From contig CAZNWY010000006.1 of assembly GCA_964577105.1 (NCBI GenBank), forward strand, positions 13,370 to 77,369: a stretch of 64,000 nucleotides of DNA, written 5' to 3'. The stretch comes from an uncultured Flavobacterium sp. (lineage in GTDB: Bacteria; Bacteroidota; Bacteroidia; Flavobacteriales; Flavobacteriaceae). How positions within the stretch are numbered: position 1 is the first letter of the stretch; each line of letters begins with the position of its first letter. A model generated the notes under the pieces. It saw only the letters and a program-made list of their open reading frames with translations, did no database searches and was not told the DNA's origin. Both the position numbers and the translations under genes were made by a program. Positions 38,149 through 47,819 of this stretch are shown here, piece by piece.

Positions 38149-39807
38149 ATGATTTACCCAAAAATACCTTTAGCGCAGTCTATTATCGAAATACTTCGTG
38201 CCAAAGGAATCACCAACATAATAATTTCTCCCGGATCACGTAATGCACCTCTAACTATAGGTTTTGCGAGCCATCCCGATTTTAAATGTTACAGTATTGC
38301 CGATGAACGTTCGGCAGCTTTTTTTGCTGTAGGAATGGCGCAGCAAATCAAAAAACCAGTTGCTGTTGTGTGTACTTCGGGTTCGGCATTACTTAATTAT
38401 TATCCGGCTTTCGCCGAAGCGTTTTATAGCCAGATTCCGTTTGTGGTAATTTCTGCCGATAGACCACAAAGCAAGATCGATATTGGTGACGGACAAACCA
38501 TTCGACAAGAAAATGTGTTTGCCAATCATTCGTTGTTCAATGCCAATTTAACCGAAGAAGCTTCCGATGAAAATGATTTTTTAATTAACGAAGCTATTAA
38601 TACGGTTTTCGCCAAAAAAGGTCCAGTACATATTAATGCGCCATTTGAGGAACCTTTATATGAAACCGTCTCGGAATTGTCTGTCGAACCAAAGATAATT
38701 TCTTCTGTTACAACCGATTTTATTTATGATGAACCGCTTTCAGAATACGCTTCCATTTGGAATGCTTCCAAAAAGAAATTGGTTCTGGTTGGGGTTAACG
38801 AACCGAATGCCGTTGAGCAGAAATTTCTTGACAAACTTGCCGACGATCCATCGGTTGTGGTGATGATTGAAACAACTTCTAATCTGCATCATCCAAAGTT
38901 CATTAATACTATTGATTCGATAATTACTCCGTTTACTCACGAGGATTTTCTAGCTTTTCAACCCGAAATATTGGTGACTTTTGGCGGTATGATTGTGTCT
39001 AAACGTATCAAAGCCTTTCTTAGAAAGTATCAACCGCAACATCATTGGCATATTGATGATTTGAGAGCTTATGATACTTTTGGCTGTTTGAGCAAGCATT
39101 TTGTGGTTCGACCAAACGTGTTTTTTCAATCGTTTTTTCTTTTCACCGAAGCAGCTGAAAGTCAGTACAACAACTATGCGCAAGGTATAAAAAAACTTCG
39201 TCAACAGAAAAGTCTAGAATATTTGACTAAAATTCCGTTTACCGATTTAAAGGTATTTGAAAAAGTGTTGCCTGTTTTACCTAAAAATTCGCAATTGCAA
39301 ATTAGTAATAGTTCACCCATTCGTTATGCTCAATTATTTGATATTGATGCAAGTATAGAAGTATTCAGCAATAGAGGAACGAGCGGTATTGACGGTAGTA
39401 CTTCAACAGCCATTGGAGCCGCGGTTGGAAGTGGAAAACCAAACGTTTTCATCGCAGGCGACATCGGATTTCTGTACGACAGCAATGCGCTTTGGAACAA
39501 TTATATTCCGAAAAATTTCAAAATCATTTTGATAAATAATGGTGGTGGTGGCATTTTTAGAATTCTTCCGGGTCATGATGAAACGCCAGTTTTCAATACC
39601 TTTTTTGAAACTTCACATTGCTTAACAGCAGAACATTTGTGTAAAATGTTTGGTTTGAATTACCTAACAGCAAGTAACGAAGCTGCATTAGTTACTAGTT
39701 TAAAAACCTTATTTTCAAATGATGAAAAACCAACTTTATTAGAAGTATTTACGCCAACATTAAAGAATGACAGCGTGTTATTGCAGTATTTTAAAGAGTT
39801 GGTTTAA
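38149..39807 (+). CDS. menD: 2-succinyl-5-enolpyruvyl-6-hydroxy-3-cyclohexene-1-carboxylate (SEPHCHC) synthase
   Basis: 552 aa, ThDP enzyme, with GDIGFLYDSNALWN...LINNGGGGIF and an N-terminal PGSRNAPL motif. Confidence 0.9.
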   Translation: MIYPKIPLAQSIIEILRAKGITNIIISPGSRNAPLTIGFASHPDFKCYSIADERSAAFFAVGMAQQIKKPVAVVCTSGSALLNYYPAFAEAFYSQIPFVVISADRPQSKIDIGDGQTIRQENVFANHSLFNANLTEEASDENDFLINEAINTVFAKKGPVHINAPFEEPLYETVSELSVEPKIISSVTTDFIYDEPLSEYASIWNASKKKLVLVGVNEPNAVEQKFLDKLADDPSVVVMIETTSNLHHPKFINTIDSIITPFTHEDFLAFQPEILVTFGGMIVSKRIKAFLRKYQPQHHWHIDDLRAYDTFGCLSKHFVVRPNVFFQSFFLFTEAAESQYNNYAQGIKKLRQQKSLEYLTKIPFTDLKVFEKVLPVLPKNSQLQISNSSPIRYAQLFDIDASIEVFSNRGTSGIDGSTSTAIGAAVGSGKPNVFIAGDIGFLYDSNALWNNYIPKNFKIILINNGGGGIFRILPGHDETPVFNTFFETSHCLTAEHLCKMFGLNYLTASNEAALVTSLKTLFSNDEKPTLLEVFTPTLKNDSVLLQYFKELV

Positions 39808-39831
39808 TAACTTATTCCTAATTCAATTTCG

Positions 39832-39839
39832 TACCTTTG
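39832..39839 (+). promoter_or_regulatory. -7 promoter motif (TAnnTTTG)
   Basis: TACCTTTG lies 19 nt upstream of the ATG at 39858. Confidence 0.45.
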
Positions 39840-39857
39840 CGCAAATTATTCCTTATT

Positions 39858-40688
39858 ATGAAGATTGGTCAGTTCAATACATTAAAAATAGATAGAGATA
39901 CCAAAGTTGGTTTGTTTTTAACCGATGGTAAAGAAGATGTTTTATTGCCTAATAAATACGTTCCAAAAGTATTTGAAATTGGCGAAGAACTTACCGTTTT
40001 TGTGTACCTTGATCATGAAGAAAGACCAGTTGCTACAACTTTAGTACCGTATATTTTCTTAAACGAATTTGCGCTTTTGCGTGTGAATTACATCAATCAA
40101 GTGGGTGCTTTTATGGATTGGGGAATGGAGAAAGATATTTTGGTTCCGTTTAAAGAGCAAGCGCGTCCGATGGAAAAAGGGAAACGCTATTTGGTATATC
40201 TTTATATGGATGAAAAAACCAAGAGATTAGTAGCTTCCAGTAAAACCAATCAGTTTTTAGATAATGAAAATATCACGGTTGAAAAGGGAGAAGAAGTAGA
40301 TTTGATTATTTCGCACATTACCGATATTGGCATTAACGTCATCATCAATCAAAAACACAAAGGATTGGTTTACAAAGATGAGGTTTATGACGATACCATT
40401 CGTACTGGTGATAAAATGAAAGGCTATATCAAATTCATTCGTCCTGATGGAAAAATAGATGTTTCGTTACATAAACAAGGTTTTGAAAACATCGAACCTA
40501 ATTCGGAAATTATTTTAAATGAATTGAGAGCCAGTCGAGGTTTCCTACGATTGAATGATAATTCTAATCCCGAAGATATTAAAACGGTTTTGAAGATGAG
40601 TAAAAAGACTTTTAAAAAAGCCATTGGTCATTTGTATAAAGAAAAATTGATTGAAATTAAAGACGATGGGATTTATTTGGTTAAATAA
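39858..40688 (+). CDS. cvfB: S1-domain RNA-binding protein, CvfB/YitL family
   Basis: About 276 aa from the ATG at 39858 (MKIGQFNTLKI...), with tandem S1-like domains and a C-terminal winged-helix region (KKTFKKAIGHLYKEKLI). Confidence 0.75.
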   Translation: MKIGQFNTLKIDRDTKVGLFLTDGKEDVLLPNKYVPKVFEIGEELTVFVYLDHEERPVATTLVPYIFLNEFALLRVNYINQVGAFMDWGMEKDILVPFKEQARPMEKGKRYLVYLYMDEKTKRLVASSKTNQFLDNENITVEKGEEVDLIISHITDIGINVIINQKHKGLVYKDEVYDDTIRTGDKMKGYIKFIRPDGKIDVSLHKQGFENIEPNSEIILNELRASRGFLRLNDNSNPEDIKTVLKMSKKTFKKAIGHLYKEKLIEIKDDGIYLVK

Positions 40689-40707
40689 TGTATTAAACCA
40701 ATTGGAT

Positions 40708-41472
40708 TTATATTGTTAAGTTATCGATTATAAAAGATACTTGAAGGGTGTGATTCATATCAAAGTTAGTATCGTGGGCATGATAAGAAAACTGATTGAA
40801 ATACCCAGTTTCAATAGAAATATCATCGGTAATATTATAACCAAGCCCAATAAATACTCTGTATTGATCAAATGTTTTATAGCCAGTTATTGCACTTCCA
40901 ACATTAAGTAACAGTTCATTAGATAGAATTCCATAAGAACTACCTTTATCATATTTTTGGTGTTTTAGAAGCCGCTGGTATTTAAGTAAATATCGCTCTC
41001 TAAAAGCAGTTTCAAAAAGACCGTTTTTATTTTTAATTTCTCTAATTTCAGATCTAAATCGGTTTGATAATGTATTAACTCCCCATACTTTATAAAATTG
41101 GGCTTGTATTGAAGTACGATACTCCGGATAATTTCTTTGACCAACATTTCCATCTATTTTAAAATTGTACCATAATCCTACAAAGGCTGATAGTTTGATA
41201 GTGGGTTGAGGGTAATAATGAATCCATGGTCTAACAGAAAATTGTTCACCGTATTTTAAGAATGATAAACTTTCATACGGACTTTGGCGTGAGTATTGAA
41301 AATCGCATTGCCATTTTAATTTTTTATTCAGATGTCCCATAGCATCTATTTCAGAAGCCAGTTGTGTACTTGGATTGATTCGTTGATTTTGGGCAACTAC
41401 TTTTGTTGAAAAGATGAGAAGAGCGATAGTAAAAAAAAGTATTTTTATACAACTTTTTATATATGTTGACAT
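40708..41472 (-). CDS. outer-membrane beta-barrel protein, DUF2490-like
   Basis: 254 aa with a signal peptide, alternating aromatic strands and an RFRSEIRE-type motif. Called by resemblance only. Confidence 0.5.
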   Translation of the reverse strand: MSTYIKSCIKILFFTIALLIFSTKVVAQNQRINPSTQLASEIDAMGHLNKKLKWQCDFQYSRQSPYESLSFLKYGEQFSVRPWIHYYPQPTIKLSAFVGLWYNFKIDGNVGQRNYPEYRTSIQAQFYKVWGVNTLSNRFRSEIREIKNKNGLFETAFRERYLLKYQRLLKHQKYDKGSSYGILSNELLLNVGSAITGYKTFDQYRVFIGLGYNITDDISIETGYFNQFSYHAHDTNFDMNHTLQVSFIIDNLTI

Positions 41473-41588
41473 TTCGAATAGGTCATTGTTTCTGTAAAAA
41501 TAAAATTATTAGATAAATTATGCTCTTAAATTAGTGTAAAGAATTTGTTAATTTATTAGAATTTAGATTATCTCTTGCTTAAAAGCAG

Positions 41589-41596
41589 TATATTTG
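41589..41596 (+). promoter_or_regulatory. -7 promoter motif (TAnnTTTG) inside a 16-bp palindrome
   Basis: TATATTTG overlaps the perfect palindrome ATTTGTATATACAAAT (41592-41607), 21 nt before the TTG at 41617. Confidence 0.4.
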
Positions 41597-41616
41597 TATA
41601 TACAAATGTTATAACA

Positions 41617-42495
41617 TTGAAACGAAAAGAATTCATAAAAACACTAATAGGAGGAGCGGCAATGGCATCATTACAACCATTTTATAATTGGACCAAAGAA
41701 TTAACAGAGGAAGACATAAAACTACCCGTATTGTTCATTGGTCACGGTTCGCCAATGAACGGAATAGAAGACAACGAGTTTTCTAGAACTTGGGCAAAAT
41801 TCGGAAAAGAAATTCCTAAGCCAAAAGCAGTATTAGTAATTTCGGCACATTGGTTAACCGGCGGAACGCACATCACAGCCATGGAAAATCCGAAAACAAT
41901 TCATGATTTTGGAGGTTTTCCACAAGCGCTTTTTGAGGTTCAATATCCAGCCAAAGGAAGTCCAGAGCTAGCCAAAGCTACTTCAGAATTAATTACATCT
42001 ACAACCGTTGGTTTAGACCACGATTGGGGATTAGATCACGGCACTTGGACGGTGGTGCGGCACATGTATCCCAACGCCGATATTCCAGTGTTACAGTTGA
42101 GTATTGATTACAATAAACCTGCACAATACCATTATGATTTAGCCAAACAGTTGGCTTCTTTACGTAAAAAAGGAGTTCTAATTATTGGTAGCGGAAATAT
42201 GGTGCACAACCTGCGAATGGTCGCTTGGGATAAATTACAAGAACCTGAGTTTGGTTACGATTGGGCTATTGAAATGAATACGCTATTTAAAGAAAAAATA
42301 GGAAATAACGATTTCAAAAGTTTAATTGAATATGAAAAACTAGGAAGCGCTGCCAAATTAGCCATTCCAACACCAGATCATTATTATCCGTTGCTCTATA
42401 ATATCGCTTTAAGAGATAATAGTGACGATGTAAGTTTCTTTAACGATAAGCCAGTTGGTGGATCTTTAACGATGACTTCTGTAAAAATAGGATAA
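41617..42495 (+). CDS. ygiD: class III extradiol dioxygenase (4,5-DOPA dioxygenase/YgiD family) with Tat-like signal
   Basis: LigB-family core (LFIGHGSPMN, SAHW, GSGNMVHNL). The start is uncertain (TTG 41575 or TTG 41617). The promoter motif favours 41617, giving MKRKEFIKTLIGGAAMASL. Confidence 0.75.
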   Translation: MKRKEFIKTLIGGAAMASLQPFYNWTKELTEEDIKLPVLFIGHGSPMNGIEDNEFSRTWAKFGKEIPKPKAVLVISAHWLTGGTHITAMENPKTIHDFGGFPQALFEVQYPAKGSPELAKATSELITSTTVGLDHDWGLDHGTWTVVRHMYPNADIPVLQLSIDYNKPAQYHYDLAKQLASLRKKGVLIIGSGNMVHNLRMVAWDKLQEPEFGYDWAIEMNTLFKEKIGNNDFKSLIEYEKLGSAAKLAIPTPDHYYPLLYNIALRDNSDDVSFFNDKPVGGSLTMTSVKIG

Positions 42496-42496
42496 T

Positions 42497-42529
42497 AAAA
42501 AAGGGAAGTAATGCAACTTCCCTTTTTTT
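42497..42529. terminator. bidirectional rho-independent terminator
   Basis: A6-GGGAAGT (42503-42509) / ACTTCCC (42516-42522)-T7. The T-run overlaps the stop of the convergent gene. Confidence 0.8.
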
Positions 42530-42953
42530 AAATTATTTCAATCTTCGGATTTATCTTTTTGATTTCTTCTAAAAATTGGTCACTCATTTTTGGCGAAATA
42601 AATAAATCATCAAATTGATTATAAGTCACTATAAAACCTTTGATGTCTAAGGCAGGTTTTAACATTACTGGAACATTCAAACCTGAAAAACGCTTTATCG
42701 ATTTTATTTTTGTAATATCCACTCTACCACGGATGGGTCCTGATCGGTATAATAAAAAATTATTTTTAATCACATAACGAGTATCCAATAAAACCCACAA
42801 TACAAATGCCGTTACCAACGAAATAATAATTATTGGTACGATAGGAATGTTACCTTTTTCATAGTTTAAAATTAACATAACCATAAAAAACAAAACAATG
42901 CCCCATAATATGGATATGGTAAAAGTGTTTTTAGAGGATAAAAATCGATTCAT
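42528..42953 (-). CDS. membrane protein with C-terminal bacterial PH (bPH)-like domain
   Basis: 141 aa with two TM helices followed by LLYRSGPIRGRVDITKIKSIK..., as in bPH-domain proteins. Confidence 0.5.
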   Translation of the reverse strand: MNRFLSSKNTFTISILWGIVLFFMVMLILNYEKGNIPIVPIIIISLVTAFVLWVLLDTRYVIKNNFLLYRSGPIRGRVDITKIKSIKRFSGLNVPVMLKPALDIKGFIVTYNQFDDLFISPKMSDQFLEEIKKINPKIEII

Positions 42954-43337
42954 AATTATATAACCCTAGTTTAGATTTGGTAGCCTTGATTGAGGCATCT
43001 TGGTGCAAAAGTACGGAGATACTTTTCAATTTCAAATAGGAAATGCTCATATAAATACAATTGTTTTTACGGATTTAGTTTCCTGTAATTGATTTCATAT
43101 CTAAATTATTATGTAGTTGTACTATGAAATTCACAGAGAAGCTTCCCCATAATAGGATTGCTTTAATGTTTTGTAGCTCATTTGTTTGTAAATATCATCT
43201 GTAGTTTGATGAACGGAATCGGTTTCCTAAAAGTATTTTTAAAAGTTGTTTTAGTGATAGAATCTAAAATTTCCTTTATTTTTACGCTAAAATAACTAAT
43301 TTAGTTTCCAACATTAATTTTAATATAAATAGTTTTC

Positions 43338-44177
43338 ATGAGTTCAATCAATTGGGTAACCGTAAAAGAATTTGAAGATATTACTTATAAAAAATGCAAT
43401 GGTGTAGCTCGAATTGCGTTTAATCGCCCAGAGGTACGCAATGCTTTTCGTCCAAAAACCACAGCCGAATTATTGCAAGCATTTCACGATGCGCAAGAAG
43501 ATACTTCTATTGGAGTAGTATTACTTTCTGCAGAAGGTCCGAGTTCAAAAGATGGAATTTGGTCGTTTTGTAGTGGTGGTGATCAGAAAGCACGCGGTCA
43601 TCAAGGTTATGTAGGCGATGATGGATACCATAGATTGAATATTTTAGATGTTCAACGATTGATCCGTTTTATGCCTAAGGCCGTGATTTGTGTGGTTCCT
43701 GGATGGGCTGTAGGCGGTGGTCATAGCTTGCATGTGGTATGCGATTTGACTTTGGCCAGTAAAGAACACGCTATTTTTAAACAAACCGATGCTGATGTAA
43801 CGAGCTTTGACGGAGGTTATGGTTCGGCTTATTTAGCCAAGATGGTGGGACAAAAAAAAGCGCGAGAAATCTTTTTCTTGGGTAGAAATTATTCGGCGCA
43901 AGAAGCTTTTGAAATGGGAATGGTCAATGCTGTAATTCCACATGATGAGTTGGAAGCAACAGCCTATGAGTGGGCACAAGAAATTTTAGCGAAATCACCA
44001 ACGTCTATCAAAATGCTAAAATTTGCCATGAATTTAACAGATGATGGCATGGTGGGACAACAAGTATTTGCCGGAGAGGCGACGCGTTTGGCTTATATGA
44101 CTGATGAAGCCAAAGAAGGAAGAGATGCCTTTTTAGAAAAACGTAAACCAAATTTTGATAAAAAATGGTTGCCATAA
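43338..44177 (+). CDS. menB: 1,4-dihydroxy-2-naphthoyl-CoA synthase
   Basis: 279 aa, crotonase fold, with the MenB-typical motifs FCSGGDQK, GWAVGGGHSLHVVCDL and the C-terminus KRKPNF. Confidence 0.95.
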   Translation: MSSINWVTVKEFEDITYKKCNGVARIAFNRPEVRNAFRPKTTAELLQAFHDAQEDTSIGVVLLSAEGPSSKDGIWSFCSGGDQKARGHQGYVGDDGYHRLNILDVQRLIRFMPKAVICVVPGWAVGGGHSLHVVCDLTLASKEHAIFKQTDADVTSFDGGYGSAYLAKMVGQKKAREIFFLGRNYSAQEAFEMGMVNAVIPHDELEATAYEWAQEILAKSPTSIKMLKFAMNLTDDGMVGQQVFAGEATRLAYMTDEAKEGRDAFLEKRKPNFDKKWLP

Positions 44178-44187
44178 AATAAAGGTT

Positions 44188-44784
44188 ATGATAAAGAAAA
44201 TAATATTGAGTTTGGTTTTAATCGTTTCTTTTAAATCAAATTCTCAAGACATCAAGAAAAAAGAGGATAATAAATTTTTAGTATCGCTCCATTATACAGG
44301 AAACCTAAGAAATAATAATTTTATAGGTGATAGTTACAATGGTGTTGTAGGTTTAGATGCTCGATATACGATAGTTAAAAAAGATTTTCTTTCTATTCAA
44401 GCGGGTTTAGGTATAGATTATTTAAAATCTAGAGAAAATTCTAGCCAACTCAAAATGAAAGATGCATTAATAGTAAATCCAAATATCGGAATTGAGTTTG
44501 TAGTTAGCAAAGAGTTTAAACCATTTTTTAATTTAGGCTATTCATTTTTTAGTGCAAACTATACTATATCTGGTGCTGCTTTTTTAGGTGCTTCACAATA
44601 TGATCCATTAATTCAAGGCGGAAATGTAAATGGAAGTTTTAATTATAATAGTATTTCAATTAATCCAGGGTTTAGATTTTTCATCGACCAAAAAATATAC
44701 ATTCAAACCGACTATAATTATTTACCAATAGATTCAAATTTAAATGTTCATTTAATAGCAATTGGACTTGGATTAAATTTTTAA
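44188..44784 (+). CDS. small outer-membrane beta-barrel protein
   Basis: I prefer the ATG at 44188 (MIKKIILSLVLIVSFKSNSQ signal). The body has alternating aromatic/Gly strands and ends in ...GLGLNF. Confidence 0.5.
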   Translation: MIKKIILSLVLIVSFKSNSQDIKKKEDNKFLVSLHYTGNLRNNNFIGDSYNGVVGLDARYTIVKKDFLSIQAGLGIDYLKSRENSSQLKMKDALIVNPNIGIEFVVSKEFKPFFNLGYSFFSANYTISGAAFLGASQYDPLIQGGNVNGSFNYNSISINPGFRFFIDQKIYIQTDYNYLPIDSNLNVHLIAIGLGLNF

Positions 44785-44786
44785 AC

Positions 44787-45302
44787 ATGGAAAACTTCAC
44801 CAACGAAACAATAGATACTAAGCAACTTCCTAGATATGAAGCTGTGCAACTAACTTCATTACATCCAAAATATTGGAGCGTAACGCTGATTAATTTTAGT
44901 GTAGTTTTTAGTATTTTAGGAATCGCAGTAGCTTTTTTTTGGTACAATACAGAAGAAGTTGCCGATTATGGTTTGTATTTTATAATTACATACAGCATCA
45001 TTTTATTGTTTTCTCTTTTGTTAATACGAATAGGTTACAAGAAAAAAGCATTTGCTTTTCGCAATCATGATGTGATTTACAGAAGTGGAGTGATCTCAAC
45101 CAGCACTATGGTGATTCCGTATAATAGAGTACAACATGTGGCTTTGCATGAAGGTTTTATATCTCGAATTTTTGGTCTAGCCAAAGTAGAAATTTTTACT
45201 GCCGGCGGAAATGCAAGCGATTTAGAAATTCCAGGTATTGCTAAAGAAGAAGCCGAAGACATCAAACAACTTTTAATGGGTAAAATACAAAAACAATTGT
45301 AA
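44787..45302 (+). CDS. YdbS-like membrane protein (single bPH_2 domain)
   Basis: 171 aa with two TM helices followed by YRSGVISTSTMVIPYNRVQHVALHEGFISRIFGLAKVEIFTAGG. Confidence 0.7.
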   Translation: MENFTNETIDTKQLPRYEAVQLTSLHPKYWSVTLINFSVVFSILGIAVAFFWYNTEEVADYGLYFIITYSIILLFSLLLIRIGYKKKAFAFRNHDVIYRSGVISTSTMVIPYNRVQHVALHEGFISRIFGLAKVEIFTAGGNASDLEIPGIAKEEAEDIKQLLMGKIQKQL

Positions 45303-46816
45303 TGGAAGCCAATTTCAATCAACCACAACGTCAATCTCCAATTGGGATTTTGATTTTATTTGTTGATTCTTTGCAAAAATTTGCAAGGGCTTTTTTACCT
45401 TTAGTACTTATTTTTCTTTTCAAAGCAGACACAGCGAGTAAAATATATGTTTTATTAGGATTATTGATCGTTTTACTTCTGGTTGGGATTTTTGCGTATT
45501 TAAAATATTTAAATTTTACTTTTTATATTGATTTAGAACACGATGAATTTATTGTTGAAGAAGGCATAATTAACAAAACCAAAACGGCTATTCAGTTGAA
45601 TAAAATTCAACAAGTTAATATTCATCAAAATCTGATCCAACGATTAATCGGTATTTATGCCTTGAGTGTTGATACTGCTGGAAGTGATAAAAAAGAAGGC
45701 AATATCAAAGCTATTTCTCATGCGCTTGCCTTAGCGTTAAAGTCGAAATTATTGGATAATGAGCAACAAAATATTGCTGTTCAACCAAATGAAACAGAAG
45801 TACTTTCCTTTGAAGAAGATGTTCAAAAAGAGCAGCCACCATTCTTGAAAATTAGCCTTGTTAGTTTGTTTAAAATAGGTATTACATCAAATTATGTTAG
45901 AAGTATTGGACTTATTTTGACGTTCTTTTTCACCATTTTGGATAATCTCAGAAATATTGGTAAAGATGACGTTATCGATGGAGATAAAATCGAAAGATTA
46001 GTCAATAATTATCCAGTTATTTATGCGATTCTTTTTGTCATTATCGTAATGTTTACCATTATTTTCTTGATAAATATTGTAAGAACCATTGTCAAATATT
46101 TCGATTTTTCTATTGCTAAACAAAAAGGTTCGTTACTGTTGTCCTACGGTTTAATTAATACAGAAAGTACTATTCTAAAGCCTGAAAAAGTTCAAATTGT
46201 AAAATGTTCTCAAAACTATTTTCAGAAAAAGCTCAATGTTTTGGAAATCAAAATTAGGCAAGCCATAAGTGACGAAAAAAAACAAAAGAATGCCTCAATT
46301 GAAATACCAGGTTGTAACACTATTGAACGCGACCAAATTCTAAAATTAATTTTCAAACAATTGCCAGAAAAAGGAGTAATGCTGCAACCCAATTTTCGTA
46401 AATTAGTTTTTTCGATTTTCCTAACAATTGTATTACCTTTAACAGGTTTTTATTTTTTCGGGAATAACGTTGATGCAGCGGTTTTTAAGTATTCGCATTT
46501 TGCGGTATTTTATACCTTATTTTTGCTGCTAATTCATTTTTTCGGATTTAGAAACTATCGTTTGTTTATTAGTGATGAGCACATTATAAAACAAAGTGGC
46601 GCTTGGGATATTGACAACGAAATTATTGAGATTAAAAAAATACAAGCCATCACAACATCACAACTGTTTTGGCATAAAAACCTGAATATCGGTTCGCTAA
46701 CGTTGCATACGGCCGGAGGAAGTTTGACTTTCTATTTAGGAAAATACGATACAATTAAAGACTACGTAAATCTTTGGTTGTACGAAATTGAAACATCTGA
46801 CAGCAATTGGATGTAA
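45302..46816 (+). CDS. YdbT-like membrane protein (three bPH_2 domains)
   Basis: 504 aa with three TM-pair + bPH_2 units (...QQVNIHQNLIQRLIGIYALSVDTAGS; ...VQIVKCSQNYFQKKLNVLEIKI; ...IQAITTSQLFWHKNLNIGSLTLHTAGG). Its start overlaps the ydbS-like stop (TAATG). Confidence 0.7.
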   Translation: MEANFNQPQRQSPIGILILFVDSLQKFARAFLPLVLIFLFKADTASKIYVLLGLLIVLLLVGIFAYLKYLNFTFYIDLEHDEFIVEEGIINKTKTAIQLNKIQQVNIHQNLIQRLIGIYALSVDTAGSDKKEGNIKAISHALALALKSKLLDNEQQNIAVQPNETEVLSFEEDVQKEQPPFLKISLVSLFKIGITSNYVRSIGLILTFFFTILDNLRNIGKDDVIDGDKIERLVNNYPVIYAILFVIIVMFTIIFLINIVRTIVKYFDFSIAKQKGSLLLSYGLINTESTILKPEKVQIVKCSQNYFQKKLNVLEIKIRQAISDEKKQKNASIEIPGCNTIERDQILKLIFKQLPEKGVMLQPNFRKLVFSIFLTIVLPLTGFYFFGNNVDAAVFKYSHFAVFYTLFLLLIHFFGFRNYRLFISDEHIIKQSGAWDIDNEIIEIKKIQAITTSQLFWHKNLNIGSLTLHTAGGSLTFYLGKYDTIKDYVNLWLYEIETSDSNWM

Positions 46817-46847
46817 TTTGAAATATAAAAGTAAAATTTAAAACATT

Positions 46848-47816
46848 ATGAAACACTGGATTGAAGCCGCTCGACTAAGAACTTTACCGCTTTCTGTTTC
46901 TGGAATTTTGGTGGGTAGTTTTTATGCAATGTCGCAAGATTTTTTTAATTGGAAAATCATAATTTTTGCAATATCTACTACCATATGTTTGCAAGTTCTA
47001 TCCAATTTTGCTAATGATTATGGCGATGGAGTTAAAGGCACTGATAACGAAGATAGAGTTGGTCCGAAACGCGCTATTCAAAGTGGTACTATTTCGCCTC
47101 AAGCGATGAAAGTAGCTTTGTTTTTTATGACATTACTGACTTTTATTTCGGCTTTGTTGTTGATTTATGTTTCTTTTAAAGGAAAGTACCTCATGTATTC
47201 TCTACTGTTTTTAATATTGGGTATCGCAGCAATTGCATCAGCCATACGTTATACAGTAGGAAAAAATCCTTATGGTTATCGTGGTTACGGCGATGTCTTT
47301 GTTTTTATCTTTTTTGGCTTGGTAAGTACTTTTGGCGTGTACTTTATGTTTTCCAAAGAAGTTGACTGGTTGTTGTTTTTGCCAGCAACTGCAATTGGTT
47401 TTTTAAGCGTTAGTGTATTAAATCTAAACAATATGCGAGACGAAGAATCAGATAGAAAATCAGGTAAAAATACTTTAGTAGTTAAATATGGAGGATCGTG
47501 GGCAAAGAAATATCATTATTTTTTAATCAGCTCTTCTATGGTTTTGTTCGTGATTTTTGCAATCATTTTTGATATTTATAAAGATAACAATCCATATGGT
47601 TTTAATATTGATGACTATTTTTTTTGTGTGATTTTTATACCATTGATATTTCATTTAAAGAGAGTTTTCAAAAATAAAGAACCAAAAAACTTAGATCCAG
47701 AACTTAAAAAAGTTGCACTTTCAACGTTTTTCTTATGTTTTATTTTGTCTATAGAAATGATAGCATCATTAGATTTTAGAATAATTGATTACATACAATA
47801 TCTACTAAACTTATAA
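46848..47816 (+). CDS. menA: 1,4-dihydroxy-2-naphthoate polyprenyltransferase
   Basis: 322 aa, UbiA family, with N-terminal WIEAARLRTLPLS and the Asp-rich motif NDYGDGVKGTD. Confidence 0.85.
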   Translation: MKHWIEAARLRTLPLSVSGILVGSFYAMSQDFFNWKIIIFAISTTICLQVLSNFANDYGDGVKGTDNEDRVGPKRAIQSGTISPQAMKVALFFMTLLTFISALLLIYVSFKGKYLMYSLLFLILGIAAIASAIRYTVGKNPYGYRGYGDVFVFIFFGLVSTFGVYFMFSKEVDWLLFLPATAIGFLSVSVLNLNNMRDEESDRKSGKNTLVVKYGGSWAKKYHYFLISSSMVLFVIFAIIFDIYKDNNPYGFNIDDYFFCVIFIPLIFHLKRVFKNKEPKNLDPELKKVALSTFFLCFILSIEMIASLDFRIIDYIQYLLNL

Positions 47817-47819
47817 AAA

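Noticed and set aside
41592-41607. Perfect 16-bp palindrome ATTTGTATATACAAAT as a repressor operator for ygiD.
   Set aside because: About one or two perfect 8+8 AT-rich palindromes are expected by chance in 64 kb of this composition. I noted it only as promoter context.
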